Source: Jimgerdemannia flammicorona
Lineage: Eukaryota
NCBI GenBank assembly: GCA_003990765.1
Contig: RBNJ01000009.1
Location: forward strand, 1 to 64,000
DNA: 64,000 nt
Reading direction: 5' to 3'
Shown here: in pieces, positions 1 to 12,118 of the stretch
How positions within the stretch are numbered: position 1 is the stretch's first letter
Layout: the number at the start of each line of letters is the position of its first letter
Made by a program: the position numbers and the translations under genes
Notes under the pieces: model-generated
The model's input: the letters and a program-made list of their open reading frames with translations, nothing else
What the model was told of the DNA's origin: nothing
Databases searched by the model: none

Positions 1-59
1 TTTTTAGTCTTAATCTATCAGATATAATTACATTCTCCCTACCCACTACCCAATCCCCT

Positions 60-3000
60 AAGGTGGCTCCCCATCCACACCTTTATGCTTGAATACCACT
101 ATTCCTCCCACCACTCCAACTCTCCCCTTACTCTGCTCACAAATTTTCTCAACCAAATAGTATCACCAACTACTCTGCAGACCCCACCCCAGCCACCAGC
201 CCATCAGAATGTCCCCCATCAAACCTTCCCACCTCAACAACTACTCCCCTAAACTCAAATGCTTCCCTTCCTCAAAAACAAACAGTCAGTAACCTGCCAG
301 CCCCACCTATACTGCCAATACCAACTCTAGAGTGAGCCACTTCTTCTCAACCCCCCCCCACCAATCTATCTTTCAGATCCTCCCATCAACCCCACACATC
401 ATCCCCCCTGTTCACCACCCCAATCAATTCCCAACTGCTAACCAAAAGTCCACCAGTATCTTGTACTTCCCTAGTCAATGTTCTGACATCTGTACAAATC
501 CCCCTTTCTGTCTCACATTGTAGTACTCCTCACAGTCAAAGTTTTCCCCCTCTACTAAGTAGCATGATCAGAAGTTGAGCATGACATTCCTCTACAGCAT
601 GCACCACCAGACCACTCAGTACTTAGGTGGCAACTATCACTATATCTCTACACTTTAGTCTCAGACCCCATTCCAGTCTCACTTCTCCCCAATACCTGCC
701 AACTGCCAACCACTAGGCCATACATCCTATCCCAACCCCCTTTGGCACTTGACTCCATCACCAATATCAAAGTCTATAAGAGGGGTACCCCTCAGTAATA
801 CTTGGTCTCATCTCAATATTGCTGGGCCCTAAGATACCTCTTCTTCATCTCCTTACCAGTGAATGCTAATGCAGTGAGCCCCATCCACTACACCCCACCA
901 GAAGCTCTTAAATCTCATTCACCCAGTATTTGAAAGCCTAACCAAGGACATTAAATCTCTAGTAGATCCTCTCAGTGAGTACTACATCTTCCAGACCTTC
1001 TTTATCAGAGGAACCCAGCTATCACCCCTCAGTTCTACTGCTCTCCTCAGCCACCAAGCTATCAAACAATATAACTTCTTTGAAAAGTCAACTAGCCCAA
1101 GGCCTCCTCTAGCCACTGGCAGTAATAAAATATCTTAGCTAATCTGACTCCTCTGCTCAGCTCAGATCCAATCCTTGGCCAGCCTCAATAGCCTCTTTAC
1201 CACCCAGGCTAGAAAGTTCAGATAATATACCAAATACCACAACTTCAATAACCAGTAGACATTCAATATTGTGATTAATCCTACCAAAGACAGGTGTCAG
1301 CCTCCCCAACCCTGCAGGACCTATCCCTAGATGGCCACTCACTGCTCCCACTAAGGTTATGGTAGGACTGATCTATATATGGAGAGATAGATGTCCAAGT
1401 ACCTTACAGCCTCTTCAGCAGAGACAATTGTTCCAATGACATCTCCTTCTACCAGGCCATTATCTAGCAGCACCATCATTTCACACTTGTGCCAGATAAG
1501 TTTTACTGTATCTCATATCACTCCACTGTTTCTCAGAGTTCCTCAATATCAGTAATTGACTCCAGACCAACTACCATATCATCTGCAAAGGCACCAACCT
1601 TCCACACAATGTCGAATATAGAGAGCCCCACTATCTTCTACCAAATTCTATCCATCAATGGCTCTAAGGACAGAGTATATAGAATAGGGGACAGTGGGTC
1701 CCCTTGGGGTACATCTCTATCCAGAGGGAATGCTACCCCTCTATACTCATTGCACATAAGCACTGCTCTACTCCCATCTAGCAGATTGATCATGATCACT
1801 TAAAACTGCTGAGGGACACCAATCCTATCCAGAACCTTCTCCAGCCAGACCCATAAACATGGTCATATGCTTTCTCCTGATCCAGAAAGACCAACCTTCC
1901 ATCCAGTCTATAGGCCTGAGCCCCTTCAATAACACCATGCACCCAGGCAGTGCTATCTCTAATGAGCCAGCCACCTACAAAGCCTCACTGCTCCTCACCC
2001 AAGACTTACTGAGCCACCTTCTGCAACTGCACCACCACCACCTTAGTGACCATCTTCCTGTCCATGTCTAAGAGCATGATGGACTGCCAGTTCTTCTAGT
2101 CCTCCCTCCTACCCTTGTCCTTGAATAGCAGGGCCACCAACCTCAGATCCTACTTACCCACCCACCTCTCTGACTGTAGTACTGAATCACAAAGTGCTAT
2201 CAACTCCTTCAGTACTCCAGAGATATTCACTATCTTCATCCAAAAGTCTCAGGGCAAACCATCCTCTCCAAGTGCTGTGCCTGGCATAGTTATAGTAAGA
2301 ATCTGATGAATCTCCTCCTCCTGTACTGGCACTACCAAACTATCTAGCCCATCAACTTGTAGTGGGTGCCAATCCTCCAAGGCATGTTCTATGCTGGCAG
2401 CATCAGCCCCACCCTCCTTCTCACTCTACAAGCCACTCCACCTCTCCTTAAATGAGCCCAGAATGTCCTGTGAGCCATGTATCAGTACACCATCAATATC
2501 AAGAACCCCCTCCCACCACTGCTTCACTCTCCTTACCCAAAGAGACCTAGAAAGGAACTCAGAGGGCCTCTCTCCTACCTCCAGCCCCTGCTAGCGAAGC
2601 TATGCAGCCAAACTCCACACCTGCATCTTCTCTTCCTCTTGTAACACCTGTTGTAATTCTGCAACCTCCAGCTTTACCCTCCTCACCCTCTAGTCCCTAC
2701 CCCCTCCACATTCAAAAGCCCTGCCCAATCTTCCAAAACCCTGCCAAATGAGCAGAAGGCCAGGTCACTCTCCTCCTTCTCTGCTTTCCTGATACCTTGC
2801 CAGCTTCACTCTAGTAAACCCTAGTAGCCTCCTTCAGCCTCACCCACCAGACACTAACTGTAGCCCCTTTCTGTATCCAGTTTTCAATTCACTACTGAAT
2901 GTCCTCCACCCACTTTACCAATAAACCCTTCTCCACTAATAAAGAGGAATTGAGACACCAATGTCCAGGCCCATCCCCACTCCCCCCTTAAAGGCCCTGC

Positions 3001-3635
3001 CTCAACAGACTCCAGTGATCAGATCATGGACACCACTCAACCTCTAGTGACCTCCAAACATCCACCCCCCAGCAGTCTGCCATCAGCATCCAGTCAATCC
3101 TTATATACAGCCCATTTGCCCAGTGCATGTATACTCTCTGATCTCTCCAGAAACCCCTTCCAGTATCCCCCAGAGCACTCTGCCTCTCTACTTCCTCCCA
3201 TTTCTCCAACCCCTCACTCCTGTCTGCAGTCTCTTGCCCTCTGTCAGTTCTATCCACCAATGCCTCCCAGACCATATTAAAGTTCCCTCTAAGAATATCT
3301 ACTCCAGTCTCTACAAGATTCCAACTCTCCAGGAGTCCCTTCACTCAATTCACTCTCTCACCATATATAGCAGGGCAGTAACAAGACCTCACCATAACTA
3401 GCTCCCAGCCAGGTTGAATCCACTTTCCCCAGACCAGCCTGTCTCCCCAGCTCCTTGTATCCTATATCTCCCCTCTGCCTCTCTGGACCAGGATCCCAAT
3501 CTTACCCTTCCAAACTACCACACCTCCCTATTCTGTCATCTATTTCAGTCTGTCTAAGTCATATTTACATCTATGCCTAACTGAACCCCACAGCCCATTT
3601 ACATTCAAAGAGAAAATATTAGTTGTACTATTCAT
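60..3635 (-). pseudogene. LINE ORF2 (APE endonuclease + reverse transcriptase + degenerate C-terminal Cys motif)
   Basis: Motifs listed for copy A, plus GNFN (GDFN-like) and SDH endonuclease motifs near 3280 and 3020. The 3' end is approximate. Confidence 0.88.
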
Positions 3636-3666
3636 AGAAGATAATATTCTAAGTTATATATATCCT

Positions 3667-5674
3667 CTACAACTCCACATTTATCTCCTCCTATGCCAAG
3701 TCCAAGCCATATTCCATAGCCACCTCCTTCTCTTCAACCATCCTCATCTCCAATTCAACCAGAAGTTCCATTAGTTCCCTATCCTCCTTTTTCTTAAACT
3801 CCTCATGATACTCCAGGCAGGCCTCCTGCCAGAGCTGCAATCCATGATGCTCTATCTAACAGAAGACATCTCACTCACCAGCAGCAACTGCCAGCTTGGC
3901 CTTCCTCTCCTTATCAACCTCATACCCTTTCTTCTCTAGAAAAACTGCAAGTACCTCTGCCTTCAGTACCTCTATCACTCCATCACTATGCAGGATCTAT
4001 GCCCAATACTCATTACTTATTACCCTCAGGTCCACTTCTCCGAACTCTTCAGCTGCAAAGTTATTCATCATTCAGTATATCTATAGTAGGTTTCCTACCT
4101 CCTTTCTCCCTGGAGTTGCTGGTCTTCCTCTATCTAGTATTGAGGTATCTGCCTCTGTACTCACAGTCTCATTCCACTCCTTCTCTGGGATATTCACTAG
4201 TTCATTCTCACTAGCTACCACCACCCATCCCCCCTTTGCTACCTCTGGAACTCCAAAGTACACTCATTGGACTCCATGCATTGGCACATCCTCTCACCTT
4301 GCTCCTCACAGTCAGTCCCCATCTGATGAGAGGAGGAGTATCCTCTCAGACTTCAAATGTACCATCCTCATACAAGTCCTTGCTCAGTACCTTCCTGGTC
4401 TCCTCTTGACCCACCTCTACATTCTCTCTCCTACTGCTGGTCCAAACACTCACTTTGGCTCCTCCAGAATCCTCACTATCATCTGCAGTCCTCTTTGCCA
4501 CTCTCTCTAGATTCACCAGCAACTTTCTCTATCTCTTGCATCCTTAGGATCTCTCCCACAGCCCCTTATCAATGCAGACATACTTTTTCTCAATAATCTC
4601 CAAGTACATCAACTCTATATATACCTTCCAAGTCTTCATCCTCCACTCCACTATACCACTCAGCTCCTTCAGTGCCTCTAACAGGTCCTCTTCCTCCTCC
4701 TTACTCCTCTTCACCCTTGTTACCTTATACATAAAGGCTCCCAATACTATTATAGAAGGTCAATCCTGAGCCTTCCCAGTAGCCTCTCTCTCTGCCAACT
4801 AAATCCAGATGTCAATATCTCCTGTCCTGAAGGAGGTCCCCTTCCAGACTCTGAACCCTACATCAACCACCTCTTCATACTTGGCCATAACCTTCTCAAC
4901 TCTTCTCATCTCTACTGCAGTTACTGTAGAAACCCCTTTCACCAGGAGTTGCACCACCCTGGGATCCCACCTCAAGTAATGCAATATCAGAACACACACC
5001 TTCTCAACTGTCAACCCAGCCTTCAGTGTGTCCTCCAATAGCCCAGTCTTCTCAAAGCCCACCTCTACTCCTTCTAGGCCCCTCAGAAACTTGATAGACA
5101 CTGTACCATCCATCTGCTTTGCAATCAGCCCCAGAACTATTTTTGTCATCACTGCTAAGCCCTGAAAGCACAAGGTCACCACAAACTCTGAGATTGACTT
5201 CTTGAGTAATGGGGCTACTGCCAGGCCTATTATATTATCAGCCAGATTACTAGGCCTCATGTCCTTCCTACAGCTTGGTCTACTATCAGCAGTTCTATCT
5301 AGATTTTTTTCCAGATTGTCCATCATACTCCTATCAGCAGTCACCCCCTCAGCTGCTATACTGCCAACCCCACTACTCTGGCCCCCCAGAGAGACTCTCC
5401 TCTATAGCTACTGCCCTGCATTCTTTACCATCTCCTTGCCCCTCTACAGCCAACCCTCTAGTTCAGTTGCCATCTGTCTCCCCTTCACTGTATCTATGAA
5501 GCTCATCCTCTCAATCCCCTGTCCTCCAACACTGCTCCCTCTCCTTCCATGTCCTCCTGCCAGCAAGCCTCTCATACTTCCCCCCAAATCAGAGCCCCTC
5601 CCCACATGTTGCCAGCCAAACACACTTGGACCCCCCTGCCCAGTACACACCTTGGAATGCTCATCACTCACCAT
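3667..5674 (-). pseudogene. LINE ORF1 (~670 codons, RRM-like middle, acidic helical C-terminus)
   Basis: ORF fragments 5444-5674, 4799-5344, 4544-4744 and 4081-4263 are colinear and homologous to fragments in copies B and C. Confidence 0.75.
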
Positions 5675-5759
5675 GTTACTAGTATCATTTCTCCAAAAAC
5701 TGTGTCATGAGTGTTGTCAGAGAGTTCTATAACCTGAATATTACTGGAGAAAGATGGTT

Positions 5760-6966
5760 TTTGGCATGGCTTGAACCCCCAGTTACTTGTCAAAAAAAGC
5801 AACAAAATGTTCTAAAATTCCTTGTTGGTCCTTGGTGTTTCGTGGTATAATAGTCAATCTGGATGCAATAGTTGATTTCGTTATTGGGACGGGTTCTTGG
5901 GTATGAGCAGTGATTTGTATGTAGCGCAAGCAGTCTGGCAATTTAGCGGTTTCCTTATACGATTACTGCGTGACGATCTCTGACGATCTCTGTGTGACGA
6001 TCTTGTGAGCGGTATTCCTTATGCGGATTTCTCAAAAATGGTGGGTGGCTCGGTTTGGCATGGATTCTCCTGAATCGGCGTGCTTCTTGAATAATAACTT
6101 GGTTGGCATGGATAACTTGATAACTCAGATAACTCGGATGACTCGAAAATGGCAGATGATTCGGATTCTTCCCGAATCGACGGACTTCTGGGAAATAATT
6201 CAGATGGTGGATAATTCAAGAGCTCGGATGCGGATTCTTGGCAAGTTACATCAAGACTGGCTTTGTTTGCATCATAGACTGGCTCCACTGTGAAGTTGTA
6301 TCAGATAGACTGGCTTGTGGCAAGGTTCCTTAAGGCAGACTCTCTGGGAATAGTGGATAACTTGAATAATAACTTGGATTCTTCAGGCTTATCTGGCAAG
6401 CAAACCAAAACATAGCTAACTCTTCTTTGTATCAGAAAGTGAACTGGAGTAGAAATGGCAAAGCTCACAATCTCCTAGTAGTGGTTGTAGAGCAGGCATT
6501 TCTCCTAAGTATTGCAATCCAATTCCTTTAGGATCAAGTGGCTTTTGGCAGGTATACCCCTTGAAGTGTAGTAGGCAGACTTGTCTTTTGCTTTGGATTC
6601 AATTTCAGACTCTTCTTTGTATTGGAAAGTGAACTGAAGTTGAAATGTGTTCTGAATTTCAGACTGAGGTTTATTCACTCTCATCTCTGGGGTATTTTAT
6701 ATAGTTGTGGTTACTATCTGGTTACTACATTGCTGATTTTAGATTGCCATCTATGGCAAGTATTCCTGGGTAGTACAGTGTACTGGACCAGTACAGTGTA
6801 CTGGCTTGGTACAGTGTACTGGACCAGAACAGGTAAACATACTTTTTCTGGATCTCTGGCTAATTATACAGGTTGGCACAGTAAAGCAGTCTTGGTTGCT
6901 TAGTGCACCAGATATGGTATGTGGCCAATTTATGATTTCGGCAGTACAATTCTGCTGCTCGTCACA
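5760..6966 (-). mobile_element. LTR of family A (probably solo), with internal tandem repeats
   Basis: Homologous to 10451-11206 and to the reverse complement of 15164-15920. Ends in GTCACA. Shares the GAGGTTTATTCAC...GGGTATTTTATA block with the Gypsy LTRs. An 18-bp unit AGTACAGTGTACTGGACC occurs about 3 times at 6771-6826. Confidence 0.65.
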
Positions 6967-8100
6967 ATAGATCAAATCCATCATGCTCTTTGTGACACAT
7001 TACTCCACTCCGGCAAAGCTGGCGAACGAGTTTCCGTAATCGACGATCAATTGCCATATAGGGTTCCTCGATTCTGAGAATGACGGTATAAAACACGGAT
7101 GCTTTGTTGGAAAAAAGTTCATGACAAAACCACCGTCAAATATGCATCCCATTCTATTCACATGAACTTATTTACAAATTTACATAAATTATGTCTGGAT
7201 GGCTCTCAAACAGTAACACTCCTGCAGGGTGTGGTGATGTGAAGTTATGGGTAATTATTAATATTTCCCATCCCCCGATTATATTCATTTGATGCTCCCA
7301 AAAAAGTGTTCGACCTTCTGTTTTATTAGGTTGAATGTTTCACGGCTCGCCAACTTTCCCATGTTGTCTTGGTAATTGGCGTGAGCTGCTACCGAGGAGC
7401 TCTGTATGGCACCCGACCAGTGGACACGTTGTCCGAAGCCTTTATCCCTATTGATTTCTTATTCTCGGCCTGGTGGGTTGGTTGCTTCCTCGAGCATGAA
7501 TATCCTGCCGATAAGATGGCCAGGACCCAGCAACAATGTATATGCCGTTCGATAGCGACATTACCCATCGGTGGATGTGCAAGACGGCACGAGACAATTC
7601 CAGCGAAACTTATACTTGAACATAGCTCGTCATGTCAGATTGCTCGGATATATCTTTATCACAGTTCCGCCTCTTTGCCAACGTGATTGGGTCCCGCGTG
7701 CACAACAAAATGTACGCGGAATGAGGAAGAATCTGCCCAAGAAGCGTATTACGGACATTCAGCGATTAAACCCTGGCCTCACAATTAAGGTGGATTGCGA
7801 GGGATTCGTCCTTGATGAATTCGCGGAGTCCATCATCCTGGCCGCTGGCCTATGTCCGTGAGGTGTTCAATTTTTGCAGCTTGGCAATTGTGCTCTTCGT
7901 TGATGCGGATTATTTCCAGGTGAACATTTTCAGGCGTGTGGCTTCGTTATGCTGGCTTTCTTCCAATTGATGATGAGTGAGTTTAATTGGAGCGTTTTCT
8001 TCGACGATGCGGGGCTTCATTTGACTTGTCGCCATCCTCTTCAATGTGGGCAGGCTCTGGAGCACTCAAAAACTATTATTTTCTAAAATTTCTCTTACCT

Positions 8101-8460
8101 TTGGAGCCTTCGCTTGTCCCGCCAGTTCAGTTCAGCAAGTAATCGTTCCATGACCCCCCTCAAACCCATGTTCTACGACCACATGTTCAACGGTCTCCTG
8201 CGTGCGATCAGTAACACGAGAGGTCATTGAGCTCAACAATTGCACGCGCCTCGCCAACACTTATCGGCTCCTCCCGAAATTCGGAGCCTTCGCCTCTCCC
8301 GCCAGTTCAGCAATCAATCTTTCTGCGACCCTCACAACCCAATGTTCCGCGACCACATGTCCAACGGTCTCCTGCGTGCGATGATAACATGATCCAGTTG
8401 CTCAAGGTCATTGAGCTCAACAACTGCACGCGCCTCTCCAACGTACCCTCCCTCAACTGC
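8101..8460 (+). repeat. ~180-bp tandem duplication encoding LRR-like fragments
   Basis: GGAGCCTTCGC...CCCGCCAGTTCAG at 8103 and 8283. GGTCATTGAGCTCAACAA at 8222 and 8406. Translates to KVIELNNCTRLSN. Confidence 0.75.
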
Positions 8461-8468
8461 TTTAGAAG

Positions 8469-8598
8469 TCTCGCCAACACTCTCTCCAACACTCTTGCCA
8501 ACACTCTTGCCAACACTCTTGCGAACACTCTTGCCAACACTCTTGCCAACACCTCGCTAACACTCTTGCCAATACTCTCGCCAATACTCTCGCCAACG
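8469..8598 (+). repeat. 12-bp minisatellite (CTCTYGCCAACA-like, about 10 units)
   Basis: Directly visible repeats, read as (LANT)n in ORF 8227-8805. Confidence 0.9.
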
Positions 8599-8879
8599 CA
8601 TTCGGTGTCTTATATTCACGGGGTGCATGTGTATCTGGCATCACTCCTGCAGAGGTCATCGCTATTTGTCACTCCCTTCGTTTTGTCAACGCCTCTCACC
8701 CCTCGTTCAACAAGGCCCCCCGCCATCTCTCCGGCACCCGTGCCTCAGACGGTAGCCACGAGGTCGCTCCCCGCAGGTCAAACAGTCCACCAAGTCAATG
8801 TCTAGCTATAATGTCCAACGAAACAAATAACACGGACCCCGCAAGAGGACCCATCGATGTCTAGCTCTATCTTAATATA

Positions 8880-11206
8880 GATATCTTCTTTCTTCTTATG
8901 GCTGATAGCTTCTATTATCTCTGGGTGAGTAGTCTTGATTTCTTTAAAGTATGTATCCTTTGTTATTTTGTAGATAACTCTGATTTTTACAAGTAGTGAG
9001 TTTTTTATTTATCTAACCAGTTGGTCCAACTTGATATTGGAGTTCTGGATTTTACTTTTCTCTTTCTTCTACTTCTTGACTGGCTCTCTTTCTTCTGGTT
9101 TTCTATATTCTTGAAGGAGTTCTTATAGGATTTTAACCAAAAGACCTTTCTTATCATCTTTCTTATTATGATTACTTCAGGTAGTTTCTTGTCTAATATT
9201 GAAAAATCCTTATACTGTATCAATTTATTCTTCAGACCTTCTGATATCTAGAATATAGATATACTAGATAATGTTTGGGGAAATCTCATTTATAAAGATC
9301 ATTAGATCTATATATAATACTCTATTTTGTAGTATTGAACCTAACTATATATATTCTTTTTTGGATTCTAATGAAGAATGCTCTATGTGATTCTCTGAGA
9401 TTTATCTTTATCTTTATAATGAATTCTTGGGCCTTATAGCAGATTTCATTTTATATTTTTTTTTAATAAACCAGTGAGTCATGGCTTCATATTCTACTTT
9501 CTAAGATACTGCTGTCTGAATGGCTTTCTAAGTTCTATATATATATTATTTACTATTCAGTTGAAATTTCCCTTAGCTAGTTCTCTAAGTTGGACTTTGA
9601 AGATAGTAATTTTTCTCTAGACAGTAAGATTCTTTAGAGCTTCTATTACTTTGATCACATCAGAGGATTCTCTTGAGTCTTCTTCTGAATATTCTGTAAA
9701 GGTTGATATTAGGATAGTCATTTCATGATTACTGTCTTTTGTTTCTAATTCTGGTTATGATTTTAGTTCTGATCTACTTTCTAAGTTATTGCTAGAGCTT
9801 AGAATACTTGAGTATCCTGAAGATGGAATTTTTGGTCTTGGAAAAGATACAGTAGATCTGGGTATTCTTAAAGATATTGAGCTGAAAAGATCTATTGGTC
9901 CTAGTAGTAGTGAGATTGATAGTACTTCTGCTGCAAAGAACTAATATTGAGCAATATGATCTTCAATTTCTTATATATATTTGTAAAAGTTTAGATATAT
10001 TCTTTTATATTTTCTAACTAGATCAGATCTCTTAGTAATAAGTCTACTATAGAAAACCAATATTAAATAGTGTAATCTTTAAATTTTTATTGTTAAAGTT
10101 TCTAATAGAGTCATCTGTATTGTCTAGTTGATCTGATTGGATCAGATCTCTTAATAGTGAGTCTCTTAGTACTAGTTGAGAATTTTGTATTATACTGACT
10201 TTTAGTTGAAATTCTTTTAATACTGAATAATTAGCAAGTCTTGAGGTAATTACTTCTCTTTCTTTCTAAATACTAGTAATGACTCATTTTTCTTTAATAG
10301 TAGAGATTAGTAGTGTGTCCAATGTATCCAGTTTGGCTATTGGGTTTTTGTAAGCTAAAAAGTCATATAAATTTTAGAAATCTTCTCAGTTAATTCTCCA
10401 AATATAATATATTAGCTCAATGAAGACAAATTACAAAATTGGAACTACTATGTAGTTTAGCTTGAACTTTTAGTTACTTTGTCAAAAATTAACAAAATGT
10501 TCAATAGTTTCTCTCAAAAATAGGGGTAAATTCTGTTTTATGTATAATATAAATGATTTTGATAATATTTACAAATTAGGCAGAATCTGTATAATATGGC
10601 AAATTTGGTGGAGTTTTTAAATAAAGCAGGTTTCTTAAATATGGCAGATAATGTGGATTTTTCCTAAATCAGTAGGTTTTTTAAAAATGGCAAACATCTT
10701 GAAGTAGTTACTCAGATAAAGCAAATTCTTTCTAAATCAGCAGACTTCTTCTTCTTTATATCAAAAAGTAGACCAGAGTGAAAAAGGAAGCTCACAATCT
10801 TCTAAGTAGTATCTGTAGAGTAGGTATTTCTCCTAAGTATTGCAATCCTTTCTAGATTAAGTGGCTTTTAGTAGATATATATCTCAAAGTATATTAGACA
10901 GATATGTATGTCGTTTACTTTAGAACTTTTTGGACTGAGATTTATTCACTCAAATCTTTGGGGTATTTTATATAGTTGTGGTTGCTATCTGGTTGCTATC
11001 TGGATAATTATACAATATACCCTAGTGCTATTTTAGGAAGGGAGTGACTAGGTGTGCCTGCTGGGGATAGGTGTGTCTGCTGGGCACAGATCGACATACC
11101 TGATTTGGTATGTCTGGCTAATTATATAAGTTGTGGCACATGTGCATAACTATGCTATGCCGAGTGTTCATGTCATCTGGCTATACTATGTTATTCGCTC
11201 GTCACA
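8880..11206 (-). mobile_element. Degenerate LTR element remnant: family-A LTR (10451-11206) plus AT-rich internal sequence
   Basis: TGT...GTCACA LTR homologous to 5760-6966. The adjacent 8880-10450 is strongly CpG-depleted and TA-rich. No protein motif was confidently read. Confidence 0.5.
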
Positions 11207-12118
11207 CAGTATCATCACGTCCAGCATCACATTCTGTTGGGGACTGCCAGCACACTCTATTTATGGGCAATAACAGGTTTGTCGGTTCGGCGCCACTTCC
11301 ACTGCATACCCGAACTGCGCACAACATTCCAATCTGATAGGCACAGCCCATAGCCCGGAATGCACAGTCCTTGCATATAGTAAGGTTCACACTCGACAGA
11401 TGCTTGGTTGGTCAGTAGTAAGGTGGATGACCCGGGCATGCCGCAGCAAAAGACTCAGGCAAGAGTCACGGAAGATTTCCAGGTTAAGAGGTTATTTAGA
11501 TTTTGCACGCAATTGAAATTTTCAACTGAGAACTGCGGCTACAGATATAACAACAAAAATTTATGGTCTCGTTCCTGCTGGGTATGCCCTACTGGGCACG
11601 ACATTAACATCATTTTCGCCCGTGCCACCCACACGTCGGTAGGTAGGTAACGGGTTGGAACAGGGCATTGTGAAAGCTGCTGCTGTATGGTAAACAGAAT
11701 AACGAGGTTCAGCGAGCTGGGAGTGTCTGTTGAAAACGTGAGTTCGCGGGATGCTGGGAAATTTTTAAGGCAGCAGAGAGTCAGTGTGCTGAATCAAGAG
11801 CCACCAGTTCCGGGTAATGGAGCCAATATTGCATAGAGGAGCGGTGCGCCGGTTCCACATTTTGGGAATAACTCCGATCGCCCCGAACTGCGCCACAACG
11901 TGTTCCTTGAGTGTAATCTAAAAATTTGTCATCCTACCCCTTTCCATGTTAGGATAACCATGGAAAAAAATAAAATAAAATTGTAATGACTTCACACATT
12001 TCAAGGTGTGGCGCACTTATGCGGTGTGACGGAAGAACAGCAATGCTCGTATACTACAAAAGGCTGATGGACCTACTCCCACTTTTTGCACAAGAATAAC
12101 ATACCTAACAAATTCCTC

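Larger units (their letters stand above)
1..5753 (-). mobile_element. L1/Tx1-like LINE retrotransposon, near full length, inactivated (copy A)
   Basis: Minus-strand APE start MNSTTNIFSLNVNGLWG (ATG 3635). RT motifs DQEKAYD (~1862-1882), PQGDPLSP (~1687-1709), AFADD (~1578-1592). Poly(A) begins at the window edge. The 5' end CTTTCTCCAGTAATATTCAGGTT is shared with copy B at 35141. Many stops. Confidence 0.93.

Noticed and set aside
3896-5732. Ser/Pro/Leu-rich plus-strand ORFs (also 35198-36010 and 46212-46904)
   Set aside because: Antisense to purine-rich LINE ORF1; explained by composition.
8227-8805. 192-aa ORF with LANT repeats as a real gene
   Set aside because: Non-ATG start and openness largely due to a stop-free 12-bp minisatellite.
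5760-11206. One intact LTR element bounded by the two family-A LTRs
   Set aside because: The LTRs differ greatly in length and sequence, no matching TSD was found, and CpG-rich unique sequence lies between them.
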